A stretch of DNA of 64,000 nucleotides from an uncultured bacterium (GCA_943788175.1 CALSPG010000005.1:416001-480000); one strand, 5' to 3'; counted from the stretch's first letter, positions 48,014 to 58,162 are shown. A program made the numbers and translations. Notes: generated by a model from the sequence alone, not told the origin.

Positions 48014-49426
48014 ATGAAAAATACGTTATTATACATTTTAATTTTTATTTCATATGCACTTTCAAGTAGTGTAGATGTAAGAATTATAAATACAATTCAA
48101 GAATCTGGATACAATGTTTTGATAGATGGCGAGTTAGTACTAGAAGAACTCAAATCATCTGAATCAAAACCAAAACCAATTTCTGTCCGAAATGAATCAA
48201 TTATATCGATACTCAACAATACTGAGCTGGTGTATGAAGGTAAATTGTCATTTAAAAGTAAAGCGGTTTACGATATATATATTAGTAAGTCAGTTGATGT
48301 CGATCATGGTTATGAAATTTCATTATCATCCGTAGCTTTATTGCCAAATGTTAATTTAGCAGCTAATAAGCCTAAATCAGTTTCTTCTGAATTAGATTTC
48401 AATGTAATTGAAACTTCTCCAGTTACTTCAAGATCAGGAAAGTATGTGCCCAACGATGAGACGAGAGGTATACTTGAGGTAAATCAAGTAGCAAATGTAC
48501 AGATTATACATAATTCACCTTATCCCGTGGTTGACATCTACGTTGATGAAAGCGAAGCACTTGGTGATATTCCTTACAGAGCTACTACTGCACTAATTGA
48601 ACTCCCAACAACCACAGTTGTTGGTATTGCTCCAGCAAATGATACAGTAATCGCAAGATTTCCATTCACACTAGAAACAGATGCTAATTATGTGGTGACC
48701 GCATCAGGAATTATCGGTAATTCTCAGACTCCTTTTAATTTATTTGCATCATCCCTAGAAGTCGTTGCTGTTGATTCTAATCATTTTGCTCTAAAGGTCT
48801 TTCACGGTGCTACTGATGCCCCAGCTGTAGATATATATGCTAATGGTAATATGTTAGTAGAAAACCTTGGTTACAGTGAATATGCTGGATATGTTCAGGT
48901 CCCAGTGGGTGATTACACAATTGATGTAACAGCTAGTGGCTCTAATGTTTCAGTTGCCTCATTTGCGGCTCCATTAACTAATCTCGGCGGTGGAACAGGT
49001 ATTGTTTTTGCATCAGGCTTTTTATCCCCATCTGCAAATGATTCTACGTTTTCACTTATTTTGACCACGCCAAGTGGTTACTCCGTAGAATTACCAAGTA
49101 CTCCAACAGCTTTATTAACGGTTGCAGAGAATAGTAGAATTCAGCCGAAGGTATTTGCGCTCAATCAAAATTATCCGAATCCATTTAACCCCACCACATC
49201 AATATCATTTGATGTATTTGAGCTATCAAATATTTCATTAAATATTTATGATTTGAATGGTCGATTAATAAAAAACCTAATGTCTGGTAATCTAAGCCAA
49301 GGAACATACAGTATTGACTGGAATGGTAAAAATGCAAACGGAGCTTCTGTTGCTGGTGGAGTTTATTTGTATTCAATTACTTCAAATAATAGTACAGTAG
49401 TTAAAAAAATGTCATTAATTAAGTAA
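48014..49426 (+). CDS. secreted DUF4397-domain protein with Por/FlgD-like C-terminal tail
   Basis: Repeated IIHNSP..VDIY / VFHGATDAPAVDIY units; QNYPNPFNPTT..IYDLNG..WNG..GVY. Confidence 0.8.
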   Translation: MKNTLLYILIFISYALSSSVDVRIINTIQESGYNVLIDGELVLEELKSSESKPKPISVRNESIISILNNTELVYEGKLSFKSKAVYDIYISKSVDVDHGYEISLSSVALLPNVNLAANKPKSVSSELDFNVIETSPVTSRSGKYVPNDETRGILEVNQVANVQIIHNSPYPVVDIYVDESEALGDIPYRATTALIELPTTTVVGIAPANDTVIARFPFTLETDANYVVTASGIIGNSQTPFNLFASSLEVVAVDSNHFALKVFHGATDAPAVDIYANGNMLVENLGYSEYAGYVQVPVGDYTIDVTASGSNVSVASFAAPLTNLGGGTGIVFASGFLSPSANDSTFSLILTTPSGYSVELPSTPTALLTVAENSRIQPKVFALNQNYPNPFNPTTSISFDVFELSNISLNIYDLNGRLIKNLMSGNLSQGTYSIDWNGKNANGASVAGGVYLYSITSNNSTVVKKMSLIK

Positions 49427-49443
49427 ATTTTTAACATCTTTCA

Positions 49444-49481
49444 AGTAGTGCTGAGTGAATCGAAATTTGTTCAGCACTACT
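49444..49481 (+). terminator. long stem-loop downstream of the DUF4397 gene (no U-tract)
   Basis: AGTAGTGCTGA/TCAGCACTACT perfect 11 bp plus 6 bp inner stem with G-U pairs, loop CGAA. Confidence 0.6.
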
Positions 49482-49523
49482 CCCCATAATCGCCAACAAT
49501 TTTTTTAATAATATATAAATATC

Positions 49524-49889
49524 ATGATTGGTTTGAGGTCTTTTTATAATACTTTCAGTAGCGGAAATAATACTATTTATGAGCAAAGATCGCCAATGAC
49601 ATATTTTTTACTTGGAGTACTATCTCCAATCATTCTTAACCTTATTCATCTTCTGTTTGGAATTTATATAACTAAATCTAGAGGAAATATGTATGGTGTC
49701 GGGTTCTCGGCTATTGGTTTCGTTTCAAAAACATTAGGCATGGTTTTTCTAACATGGTTTGGTGTCTCTTTTGTTAAATTAGATTTTAGAATCTTTGTTC
49801 CCTTGTTAGCTTTTTTTTGGTTCATAACCCACATTCTTGAAGCTTTTATCATAAATGATTATATGAATAAGAACATTAACAAAAAGTAG
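49524..49889 (+). CDS. hypothetical membrane protein (3 TM); true start possibly 49596
   Basis: Hydrophobic helices from MTYFLLG onward. Confidence 0.6.
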   Translation: MIGLRSFYNTFSSGNNTIYEQRSPMTYFLLGVLSPIILNLIHLLFGIYITKSRGNMYGVGFSAIGFVSKTLGMVFLTWFGVSFVKLDFRIFVPLLAFFWFITHILEAFIINDYMNKNINKK

Positions 49890-49936
49890 GCCAACAGTTA
49901 TTATTTACTACAAAAAAGTACCACTCAGAGTAGATT

Positions 49937-51151
49937 ATGAATCTTAATGAAAAATATTATGAAAGTATAATTGACCATCATGGATCTAAACTTTTACTAG
50001 AAAATTTTGTCAACGAAAAGCTTCCTAATTACAAGAGCAAAAGAAACTTTGACTTTGGAACCTACGAAGAAAATTGTGTTAGCGGTCTTTCTCCTGCGAT
50101 AGGTAGAAGAATATTGAATGAAAAAGATATCGTTAAGAGAGTTTCGAATCAGTTTTCTTATGGACAAGTTGAAAAATTCATTGATGAAATATGCTGGCGT
50201 ACTTATTGGAAAGGTTGGCTAGAACATAGGCCGCAAGTATGGTATGATTATTTAGATGATTTAAAACAACTATATCCATTTAAATCGGATAATGTAGATT
50301 ACAAAAATGCCATTTCTGGAAATACTGGACTTGAATGTTTTGATACATGGGTAAACCAATTATTAAAATTTGGATATTTGCATAATCATACAAGGATGTG
50401 GTTTGCAAGTTTATGGATTTTTCATTTGAAACTTCCATGGCAACTTGGAGCAGAGTTCTTTTATCAAAATTTAATAGATGCAGATTCTGCTTCGAACACG
50501 CTTTCCTGGAGATGGGTGGCAGGCTTGCAGACAAAGGGCAAAAAATATATAGCCACCATGGATAATATAAATCGTTTTACAAATAACCGCTTTTCATTTC
50601 CTAATAAACTAATGTTGTCCAACGACGATGTCGCTGGCTATAAATATTATGAACCCACATACGTTGTGACAAAAAGCAATCCAAGTAAATCGAAAAATAA
50701 GGGGTATTTGATTATTGAGGAGGATCTTTCACTCGTGAATGTAGACAAAAATTGTCCTATTATTATTCAGTCTCAGTCGTACAATAAATTTGGACAGAGC
50801 GAACAAGTGGAGTCTTTTTCTAATAAAACTCTTAAAAATGCTATAGAATATTGTAAAAATGAGATTAGTCATAATGTGTCTACCTTTACATGGGAAAATG
50901 CGGAATTAATAGAAAAATGGGTAAAAACATACAGCCTTGATGAGATCGAAATCATCGCTCCTACAGTTGGCAAATATGAAAAAATTATTCCAAAATTATC
51001 AGATCGGTTCAATTTGAACATATCTTATTATTATCATGATTGGGATACTTCTTTTTGGAAATATTCCGATAAAGGTTTTTTTAAAATGAAAAAACAAATA
51101 AAAAAAATAATTTCACAGTTTTGGGAAACGCCCCTTTTTAAAAACTTTTAA
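49937..51151 (+). CDS. DNA photolyase/cryptochrome family protein with N-terminal FAD-binding domain (inverted-topology, NewPHL-like)
   Basis: Y...RN.D, SGLSP, KF..E..WR.YW, TG..CFD.W, GYLHNH.RMWFAS, L.D.D.ASN..SWRW.AG all lie in the N-terminal half; only 404 aa. Confidence 0.85.
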   Translation: MNLNEKYYESIIDHHGSKLLLENFVNEKLPNYKSKRNFDFGTYEENCVSGLSPAIGRRILNEKDIVKRVSNQFSYGQVEKFIDEICWRTYWKGWLEHRPQVWYDYLDDLKQLYPFKSDNVDYKNAISGNTGLECFDTWVNQLLKFGYLHNHTRMWFASLWIFHLKLPWQLGAEFFYQNLIDADSASNTLSWRWVAGLQTKGKKYIATMDNINRFTNNRFSFPNKLMLSNDDVAGYKYYEPTYVVTKSNPSKSKNKGYLIIEEDLSLVNVDKNCPIIIQSQSYNKFGQSEQVESFSNKTLKNAIEYCKNEISHNVSTFTWENAELIEKWVKTYSLDEIEIIAPTVGKYEKIIPKLSDRFNLNISYYYHDWDTSFWKYSDKGFFKMKKQIKKIISQFWETPLFKNF

Positions 51152-51152
51152 T

Positions 51153-51575
51153 ATGAAATTTCTCTTTGTTCCCGTTGCTTCTGGCGTAATTGTAAAAAAT
51201 AATAAAATACTTATTGGTTTAAGGGCAGAAGGTGATACTGGAGCAGGTATGTGGGAATTCCCAGGAGGGAAAATAGAATTAAATGAATCGAGCGTGAGTG
51301 CTGTAAAAAGAGAACTGAGCGAAGAACTTAATATTGAGGCAATTGTTAATCAAAAAATAATGAAATACTTGCACAAATTTAAGAACACATGCTACGAAAT
51401 TTCATTTTTTGAAATAAATAAATTTTCTGGTTCAATAAAAAATAATGTTCATGATGATCTTCAATGGGTAGAACTAGCATCATTGAAAAAATATCGATTT
51501 ATATCAGGGGACTTATTATTTATTGATAGAATATTAGAAAATCCAACGTTACTAAATGGTTTAACAATTAATTAG
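51153..51575 (+). CDS. NUDIX hydrolase (MutT/NudG-like)
   Basis: WEFPGGKIE..E....AVKREL.EEL Nudix box. Confidence 0.9.
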   Translation: MKFLFVPVASGVIVKNNKILIGLRAEGDTGAGMWEFPGGKIELNESSVSAVKRELSEELNIEAIVNQKIMKYLHKFKNTCYEISFFEINKFSGSIKNNVHDDLQWVELASLKKYRFISGDLLFIDRILENPTLLNGLTIN

Positions 51576-51584
51576 GGACTCAGA

Positions 51585-52022
51585 ATGAGGTATAGACAAG
51601 AAGTATTTATAAGAGATGTATCATTAAAAAAAGCAAATGAAACATTTAAAGATATCAAATTTCTAAAATATCTTATCGCTTTACAACCTGTAAAAGTAAT
51701 AAGGTGGGATGGTACCTATGATGGTGCTGTTGCTCATATGAAATTTTGGTTTTTTGGATGGAAAGATTTCATAGTATCTCATGGAAATAACAAGCATGAT
51801 AAGACTTCATTTTCCTTTAAAGATATTGGTACCAGTCTGCCATTTGGCCTCACACTTTGGGAGCATGTTCACAAAGTTGTAGAAATTGGCGATGACATAA
51901 AAATAATAGATGAAATATACTTTCTCGGGAAAAACAGGATCGTAATGTTTTTTGTTACTCCAATATTAATTTTGCCTATTTTTCTTCGTAAAGTTTTGTA
52001 CAAAACGTACAGCTGGAACTAA
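51585..52022 (+). CDS. SRPBCC-like hypothetical protein
   Basis: F.D.G..LPFGL..W.H.H......IIDEI pattern. Confidence 0.55.
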   Translation: MRYRQEVFIRDVSLKKANETFKDIKFLKYLIALQPVKVIRWDGTYDGAVAHMKFWFFGWKDFIVSHGNNKHDKTSFSFKDIGTSLPFGLTLWEHVHKVVEIGDDIKIIDEIYFLGKNRIVMFFVTPILILPIFLRKVLYKTYSWN

Positions 52023-52051
52023 ATCTGAACGTTTTTATTTCAAAAGTATTT

Positions 52052-52204
52052 ATGAAAAAGCTATCGAAAGTTTGTAAAGTTTGTAAAAGGCCGTTCAATT
52101 GGAGAAAAAAATGGAAATTGAATTGGGAAGATGTAAAGTATTGTTCAAAAAGGTGTTATGGCTCAAGAAATAAAACAAGCGTTTTAGGCGATTTCCAGTT
52201 ATAG
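52052..52204 (+). CDS. DUF2256 family small zinc-finger-like protein (50 aa), not in ORF track
   Basis: [35 protein letters not shown] matches the CxxCxRPFxWRKKW..W..VKYCSxRC signature. Confidence 0.88.
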   Translation: MKKLSKVCKVCKRPFNWRKKWKLNWEDVKYCSKRCYGSRNKTSVLGDFQL

Positions 52205-52242
52205 TATTTGATATCTTGTACTATTTAAAATTATATTAAAAC

Positions 52243-52707
52243 ATGAATCGAAGAAACTTTATCAAAAAATCTAGTTTTGCAGCATGTGCCTGTGTTAGCG
52301 TTTCAGCACTAAGCTTTCTGCAAAGTTGTGAAGATAATACAGCTTATGATCAAAATACTGACAATGATGGTGATAATGATATTCAATTATCAGTGGATAT
52401 CTCACAAGACCCACATCGAAACCTAGAAGTCATTGGTGGAACATCTATCTTAGGTCCTAATGAAATTGACTCTAGAGGTCTGTTATTGGTTCGGATATCA
52501 GAAAATAATTTTAGAGTGTTGTCAAGAAGGTGTACCCACTCCTCCTATTCTGTTAATGACTTTAACAGTCAAGGCTTAGCGATGTGTAGTTCTGGACACG
52601 GAGGTGGTTTTAATGCGAATGGGAATGTGGTTTCTGGGCCACCATCAGCATCACTTTTATCTTACAGCTCATCATTCTCAAATAATATTCTCGTAATTTC
52701 AAAATAG
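52243..52707 (+). CDS. Tat-exported Rieske [2Fe-2S] lipoprotein
   Basis: RRNFIK twin-arginine motif, lipobox LQSC, CTH and CSSGH boxes, F...G.V..GP. Confidence 0.78.
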   Translation: MNRRNFIKKSSFAACACVSVSALSFLQSCEDNTAYDQNTDNDGDNDIQLSVDISQDPHRNLEVIGGTSILGPNEIDSRGLLLVRISENNFRVLSRRCTHSSYSVNDFNSQGLAMCSSGHGGGFNANGNVVSGPPSASLLSYSSSFSNNILVISK

Positions 52708-52719
52708 AGGAGTTTTATC

Positions 52720-52920
52720 ATGCTTAACCATATCAATTATTTTATTCTTTCAGTTATTCTTTTCGAACTGGTCTCATTATCTGCAGGTTTTGGCACTCAT
52801 TTCGAACATTACAAATATGCTGTCATGTTAAGTATCGTAGTTCTAAACTGTATAGTATCTAGTAGAAGCAGAAATTTAGAGATGGTTAAACAATTTCTAA
52901 ATTCAAATAAAAGGAGTTAA
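52720..52920 (+). CDS. small hypothetical membrane protein
   Basis: RBS GAGGAG; two hydrophobic segments. Confidence 0.55.
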   Translation: MLNHINYFILSVILFELVSLSAGFGTHFEHYKYAVMLSIVVLNCIVSSRSRNLEMVKQFLNSNKRS

Positions 52921-52923
52921 CAA

Positions 52924-53298
52924 ATGAAAACTAAACTTATCTTTTCAATCGCGTTATTTAGTATCTTTGTATTCAATCAACTAAGTGCTGGTTGTGGTTC
53001 CTGTGCCGCTGATAAAAGGAAGACATCCAAAGCATTTATAGAGATGATTCCATCAAGTGGTAAAATTAATGGTAAAGCATTTGCTTCATGTGGTATGTGC
53101 AATTTTGAATCAGGAGACAGATCCTGTGGCGTATCACTTAAAATAGGTAAAGATGTTGTTAAAGTAGTAAATGTTGATATTGATGCCCAAATTGATTCAC
53201 ATGCTAAGGATGGTTTTTGTAACGTTGTTAGAATTGTAAACGTTGAAGGTAAAGTTAAAAACAATAAATTTTACGCAGACTCTTTTTTAATTCAATAA
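52924..53298 (+). CDS. exported Cys-rich protein (DUF6370-like)
   Basis: RBS AAGGAG; signal peptide; ASCGMC, SC, DSHAKDGFC..R...V.G. Confidence 0.65.
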   Translation: MKTKLIFSIALFSIFVFNQLSAGCGSCAADKRKTSKAFIEMIPSSGKINGKAFASCGMCNFESGDRSCGVSLKIGKDVVKVVNVDIDAQIDSHAKDGFCNVVRIVNVEGKVKNNKFYADSFLIQ

Positions 53299-53307
53299 AA
53301 TTAAAAA

Positions 53308-54678
53308 TTACTTTTTTATTTTCTTAACATAGTACACCGTCCCAGTTGCGGTCAAACTAATGCCTAGTAAAGAGGGTATTGGTGCGGTAATTAAAGTTAG
53401 TATTAAAAAAGAGCTATAAAGCACTAATACTATAATCATGCTTGCTGGATAAAGGAATGCTTTATAGGGTCTAGCTCTATCTGGAAACTTTTTTCTCAAA
53501 ACATATATAGATCCAAATGTAAGAATATTAAAGATTGTGCTTGTAGCGGAGAAAAAATCTATAACCGTCTCATACATATTATTTCCAGTACTTCCAGATT
53601 GAAAATAATTTGATAATATTGCACCTGTAAGTAAAACGGTTGCCCATATTCCTTGGCCAATTAAAGCGTTATTTGGTGTAGCATAGACGGGGTGAAGTTT
53701 TTTAAAGCTATCAAAAAAGAGGCCATCCCTAGCCATGGCGTGCCATGATCTACCTTTGCATAAAATTTGAGTACTAATGTTACCGAAGGCGTTAATTGCA
53801 ACTGCTATAGAAATAAGTATTCCACCAGTAGCGCCCAAGACAACCTCGACTGCTTTTGTTGCAACCCATTTATTCTGTTTTATTGTTTCGACATCTAATT
53901 GATATAGATATCCAACATTCGCTCCTATGTATAGAACCATAATTCCACTAATACCAAGGAACAGTGAAAGGGGAAGCGTCTTTCCGGGGTTTTTTACCTC
54001 TTCTGCCATGTAGGTTGCTCCCTCCCAGCCACTAAAAGCAAAAAAAGAATATCGAAGCGCTGCACCAATGGCTAATATTGTCGACCAGCCAAAATCTTCT
54101 GGCCAAAATGAATCTGTAAAGTGAGCAACATTTCCAGTACTAAATCCAGTTAATGTGATTCCAATTATTGCACCAACTGCAGCAACCTTAGTTACGCCAA
54201 AGACTATTTGAAATTTGCCACTTAATTTTACACCAAATAGATTGATTGTGGTTAATAACCATATTGTAAAAAGGGATAATAAAAACGTCGGAAATATCCC
54301 AAAAGGGGTACCTGTTAGAATTTGATAAATTGCATTAATAAATTCTGTAAAAACAAGAGCGACAGCAACAATGGAAGCGGTCTCTGAAACAAAAAACATT
54401 GCCCACCCTCGTAAGAATGCTAGATAGGGTCCATAAGCTTCCTTCAAAAAAACGTAGGGCCCTCCGGATTTTGGAATCATTGCCGTTAGTTCTGCATAAA
54501 CCACGGCACCAAAAATAGTAATTACGCCACCGAGAACCCATACGAGTCCAAACAAAGAAGTACAACCGACGAGAGCCATGATAGGGGCCGGCGTTCTAAA
54601 AATACCTGAACCAATAATTCGACTGATAACAATCGAAGTAGACTCTTTAATTCCTAGGTTTTTTTTATATTCAGTCAA
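53308..54678 (-). CDS. APC-superfamily amino acid permease (SteT/LAT-like)
   Basis: IIGSGIF.TP, YAEL..MIP.SGG.Y.FL, FAFSGWE....AEEVKNP, MARDG. Confidence 0.9.
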   Translation of the reverse strand: MTEYKKNLGIKESTSIVISRIIGSGIFRTPAPIMALVGCTSLFGLVWVLGGVITIFGAVVYAELTAMIPKSGGPYVFLKEAYGPYLAFLRGWAMFFVSETASIVAVALVFTEFINAIYQILTGTPFGIFPTFLLSLFTIWLLTTINLFGVKLSGKFQIVFGVTKVAAVGAIIGITLTGFSTGNVAHFTDSFWPEDFGWSTILAIGAALRYSFFAFSGWEGATYMAEEVKNPGKTLPLSLFLGISGIMVLYIGANVGYLYQLDVETIKQNKWVATKAVEVVLGATGGILISIAVAINAFGNISTQILCKGRSWHAMARDGLFFDSFKKLHPVYATPNNALIGQGIWATVLLTGAILSNYFQSGSTGNNMYETVIDFFSATSTIFNILTFGSIYVLRKKFPDRARPYKAFLYPASMIIVLVLYSSFLILTLITAPIPSLLGISLTATGTVYYVKKIKK

Positions 54679-55226
54679 GCGATAAAGATAAGTTTACAAA
54701 TATAAACTGCGGCAATTACTCCTACCGTATCTGCAATTAATCCGGCAATCAAAGCATGCCTTGATTTTCTAATTCCTACGGATCCAAAATAGACAGCTAA
54801 CACATAGAATGTTGTTTCAGTAGACCCAAACATTGTCGCACCAATCTTTGTATAGATTGAGTCTGTTCCATATTCATTTACTAAATCTGTAAAGAGTCCT
54901 AACGACCCGCTTCCAGAAAGTGGTCTCATCATTGCTAGTGGGACATTTTCCGCTGGGAAGCCTATAACATTTAAAATTGGTGAAATAAGGGATATAAATA
55001 ATTCCATTGCTCCTGAAGCTCTAAACATTCCAACCGCAACAAGAATCGCGACGAGATAGGGAATAATTCTAAGGGCAATATCGAAACCATCTTTTGCTCC
55101 TTCAACGAACGATTCATAAACCTTTACTTTTTTGACTATTAATCCGTAGAAAGGAATGCCAACAAGCAAAAAAGGTATGATATACTTAGACATTTGATTT
55201 GTAATAAAGATAAGGCTTTCGGTCAT
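54675..55226 (-). CDS. spmB: spore maturation protein B (SpmB) homolog, gate-domain membrane protein
   Basis: YE.FV.GAK.GF, MRPLSGSGS, GSTETTFYVLAVYFG. Confidence 0.9.
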   Translation of the reverse strand: MTESLIFITNQMSKYIIPFLLVGIPFYGLIVKKVKVYESFVEGAKDGFDIALRIIPYLVAILVAVGMFRASGAMELFISLISPILNVIGFPAENVPLAMMRPLSGSGSLGLFTDLVNEYGTDSIYTKIGATMFGSTETTFYVLAVYFGSVGIRKSRHALIAGLIADTVGVIAAVYICKLIFIA

Positions 55227-55819
55227 TATTTAGTTTCCTGTCTTATCTTAAATCTGTCCATCTTGGATAAAAACTTTACAGAAAAAATAGCAGCAATCGT
55301 TGACATGCTTGTTGCAAAAATAGTTGTAATAAAAATTTCACTTGAAGACGCGCCCATCAGGCCAACTACCGTTGCCGGTAATATTATTTGAACACTTGAA
55401 GTATTAATGGCTAAAAATGTGCACATAGCATCAGTTGCAGTATCTTTTTGTTCGTTCAGCTCTTGGAGCTCTTTCATCGCTTTTAAGCCAAGCGGCGTGG
55501 CAGCGTTGCCCAGTCCTAGCATATTAGCTGCCATATTTAAAACGATTGATCCCATTGCTGGGTGATTGACAGGAACATCTGGAAATAGTCTGATCGTTAT
55601 TGGTTTAATAATTTTCGCAATGATTTTTATAAGTCCAGACTCTTCAGCTATTTTCATTATGCCCAACCATAGAGCCATGATCCCGATTAATCCGATAGCA
55701 ATTTCTACTGCGGTTTTTGACATTGAAATAGCAGCCTCTGTTACTAAATCTATTCTACCAGTTATTGTACCCACGACAACAGAAATAAAAATAAGACCGA
55801 ACCAAATGTAATTAAGCAT
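55226..55819 (-). CDS. spmA: spore maturation protein A (SpmA) homolog, gate-domain membrane protein
   Basis: MLNYIW, LWLG.MKIAE.SGL, ANMLGLGNAATPLGLKAM.ELQ, INTSS. Confidence 0.92.
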   Translation of the reverse strand: MLNYIWFGLIFISVVVGTITGRIDLVTEAAISMSKTAVEIAIGLIGIMALWLGIMKIAEESGLIKIIAKIIKPITIRLFPDVPVNHPAMGSIVLNMAANMLGLGNAATPLGLKAMKELQELNEQKDTATDAMCTFLAINTSSVQIILPATVVGLMGASSSEIFITTIFATSMSTIAAIFSVKFLSKMDRFKIRQETK

Positions 55820-55824
55820 AAAAA

Positions 55825-56757
55825 CTATATCTCAACTGCGTTATCAATTATAGTAACCATTGCTTCTTTGTTTGCAGTATCTATTTCAGTAGTCACTGAT
55901 ATAGGAAGCGTCGATTGAAATTTACCATGGCCACAAGGGAAGTTAGATATAATTGGAATATTTAAATCGCCACAAATATCTAAAATAATTTGGTCTGTAT
56001 TTCTCCCAAATTTTATTTCTTGATCTTTCATATCTTTTAGTTCGCCAAAAATTAAGCCTTTAATATTGTCAAACATTCTGGCATTACGCATTTGTACCAG
56101 CATTCTTTCAAAAGAATATAAATACTCATCAATATCCTCAAGAAATAATATAGATCCATTTGTATTTAATTCTTCAACTGAACCTAATCTATTCGTTAGT
56201 AGGCACATATTTCCGCCCCATAAAGGTCCTATTGCTTTTCCTTCTTTTAATATCCTTGGCTCAAGATCATTTGGGCTAAATAGTTTAATAAATTTTTCAC
56301 CAAATAATACCCGCTGCATCAAACCATAATTATACTCAATCCATGACTCTTTATAGGTTGTTAACATTGGGCCGTGAAATGTTACTAAATTAGTTTTTTG
56401 AGTTATGGAGGTTAAAAATGCCGTTATATCGCTATATCCAATGAAAATTTTAGGATTCTCGGCTATGATTTTATAATCGAGAAGAGGGAGAACTCTATTT
56501 GCACCATATCCACCTCTAGCACACATGATAGCATCTATTTTAGAATCTTCAAACATAGTATGAATGTCATCGGCTCTTTCTTGCGGTGTACCTGCAAAAG
56601 GTCCCCATTTTAACTTATTACTTTTTCCAAATACGATTTTATAGCCAAGCTCTGAAAAATATTTTGATGTTGAAAGTAAAGTTTCTTCATCAAGCCAAAA
56701 GGAAGGACTAATAATTCCTATCGTTGAATTTTTATGTAGAGCTTTAGGCTTAATCAT
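55825..56757 (-). CDS. LD-carboxypeptidase (S66), cytoplasmic
   Basis: RGGYG, GYSDIT, HGPM, GGN, EDIDE, CGH; no signal peptide. Confidence 0.9.
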   Translation of the reverse strand: MIKPKALHKNSTIGIISPSFWLDEETLLSTSKYFSELGYKIVFGKSNKLKWGPFAGTPQERADDIHTMFEDSKIDAIMCARGGYGANRVLPLLDYKIIAENPKIFIGYSDITAFLTSITQKTNLVTFHGPMLTTYKESWIEYNYGLMQRVLFGEKFIKLFSPNDLEPRILKEGKAIGPLWGGNMCLLTNRLGSVEELNTNGSILFLEDIDEYLYSFERMLVQMRNARMFDNIKGLIFGELKDMKDQEIKFGRNTDQIILDICGDLNIPIISNFPCGHGKFQSTLPISVTTEIDTANKEAMVTIIDNAVEI

Positions 56758-58162
56758 ATATAACTGCCTTTACGATTTGGTTTTGCAGTCGGGTGTATTT
56801 TGAGGATGAACCTATATAGCCATTCATTAAAATAGAAAACGCTACATCTCCATATTTTTGAGAGGTGATATATCCAGCTAGGTTTCGAGCGCCAGAAAGT
56901 CCTCCCGTTTTCGCTCGAACTAACCCGGCTTCAGATGTTAGCCTTTTTTCTAAAGTACTTTTTGGCCAGCCTCCTCCAGGTAAGGTATAAATGAAATCAT
57001 CTTTATAGTCACTTTTATACATCCATTTTAGCAACTCTATTAATTGAGCTGAACTAGTTAGGTTATAGCGAGAGACTCCTGAACCATCCGCTAATCTAAT
57101 ATTAGAGGTATCTATTAACACTTCTCTTGCTAAAAAAGATTTAACACTGTCTAAGCCTGTTTTCCATGTACCTGGTAATGTATCTAAAGCGCCTATTGAT
57201 TTAATAAAAAGTTCTGCTGTTAAATTATCGCTCTCGTTCATTAGATTTTTTGCTGATACAAGTAATGAATCTGAATGATGTTCAATTAAATCAAAATAGC
57301 CATCAGAATTTTTAGAAATTACTGATAGATGCTTTACCGTAGACCCGTTCTTTTTTAGAAGCTCTTTGAAAATTGTCCCAACAAAAATACTTGGGTTATT
57401 AATATTTCTATAGAATGTATCAATTCTAGCCGTATCCATGATTTCACCATATATATTAAAATCATTTTTTGAATTCACCCAATTTCGATCAATTCTGATT
57501 TTTTTAAAATCGAGAGTGTCGTTAACGGTCAAAGATTCATTTAAAACATTTATATAAGATGTTTTAGGAAAATAATTTACTACTGCATTTTGGCCTAATG
57601 GTCCAGGTTCTATATAAAAATTAACGCAGTTGTCATTTATGGATAATGCGCTAATCGGAGCTGCGTACCACCATGGACCTTCATCCCACATCCAACCTTC
57701 CCCATAGTTTAAGCTATCTAAAAAAGAATCATCAACGAAAAGGGTGTCGATGTTTTTATATTTTTTTGAGACTTCAATAGAAAGCGAATCTAGTTGCTCT
57801 ATTTTTAAATCTGGATCAGCGCCACCTCTCAAAATAAGATTATTTTTTCTTGCCAAAACTTGTGTTGTGAAACGGTAGTCCTTACCTAAATAATACAATG
57901 ACGCTGCACAGGTGTACAATTTATTCGTACTAGCAGGCATCAAAAGTTTTTGACTATTATAATTATAGAGCGTTTTATCATCGCTAAGCGAAACGACTTG
58001 GATACTCATATTTAGATCAACTCCTGAGTCCACAATTAGTTTATTTATTTTTTTTATCAATGCAGTAGATCCCTCCATTCTATATAGTGAGCTCGGAGGG
58101 GTGCAAGAAATGTAGATATTCAATAAAAGAATTAAACTTAAAGTATGAATTGATTTAATCAT
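56750..58162 (-). CDS. dacB: D-alanyl-D-alanine carboxypeptidase/endopeptidase (S13, PBP4-like), lipoprotein
   Basis: PASTNK (SxxK), SDN (SxN), DGSG.SR.N, AKTG; lipobox ISC. Confidence 0.92.
   Translation of the reverse strand: MIKSIHTLSLILLLNIYISCTPPSSLYRMEGSTALIKKINKLIVDSGVDLNMSIQVVSLSDDKTLYNYNSQKLLMPASTNKLYTCAASLYYLGKDYRFTTQVLARKNNLILRGGADPDLKIEQLDSLSIEVSKKYKNIDTLFVDDSFLDSLNYGEGWMWDEGPWWYAAPISALSINDNCVNFYIEPGPLGQNAVVNYFPKTSYINVLNESLTVNDTLDFKKIRIDRNWVNSKNDFNIYGEIMDTARIDTFYRNINNPSIFVGTIFKELLKKNGSTVKHLSVISKNSDGYFDLIEHHSDSLLVSAKNLMNESDNLTAELFIKSIGALDTLPGTWKTGLDSVKSFLAREVLIDTSNIRLADGSGVSRYNLTSSAQLIELLKWMYKSDYKDDFIYTLPGGGWPKSTLEKRLTSEAGLVRAKTGGLSGARNLAGYITSQKYGDVAFSILMNGYIGSSSKYTRLQNQIVKAVIYD

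Noticed and set aside
54675-55819. spmAB as evidence of endospore formation
   Set aside because: Homologs occur in non-sporulators; the window has outer-membrane barrel and LolA-like genes and no other sporulation genes
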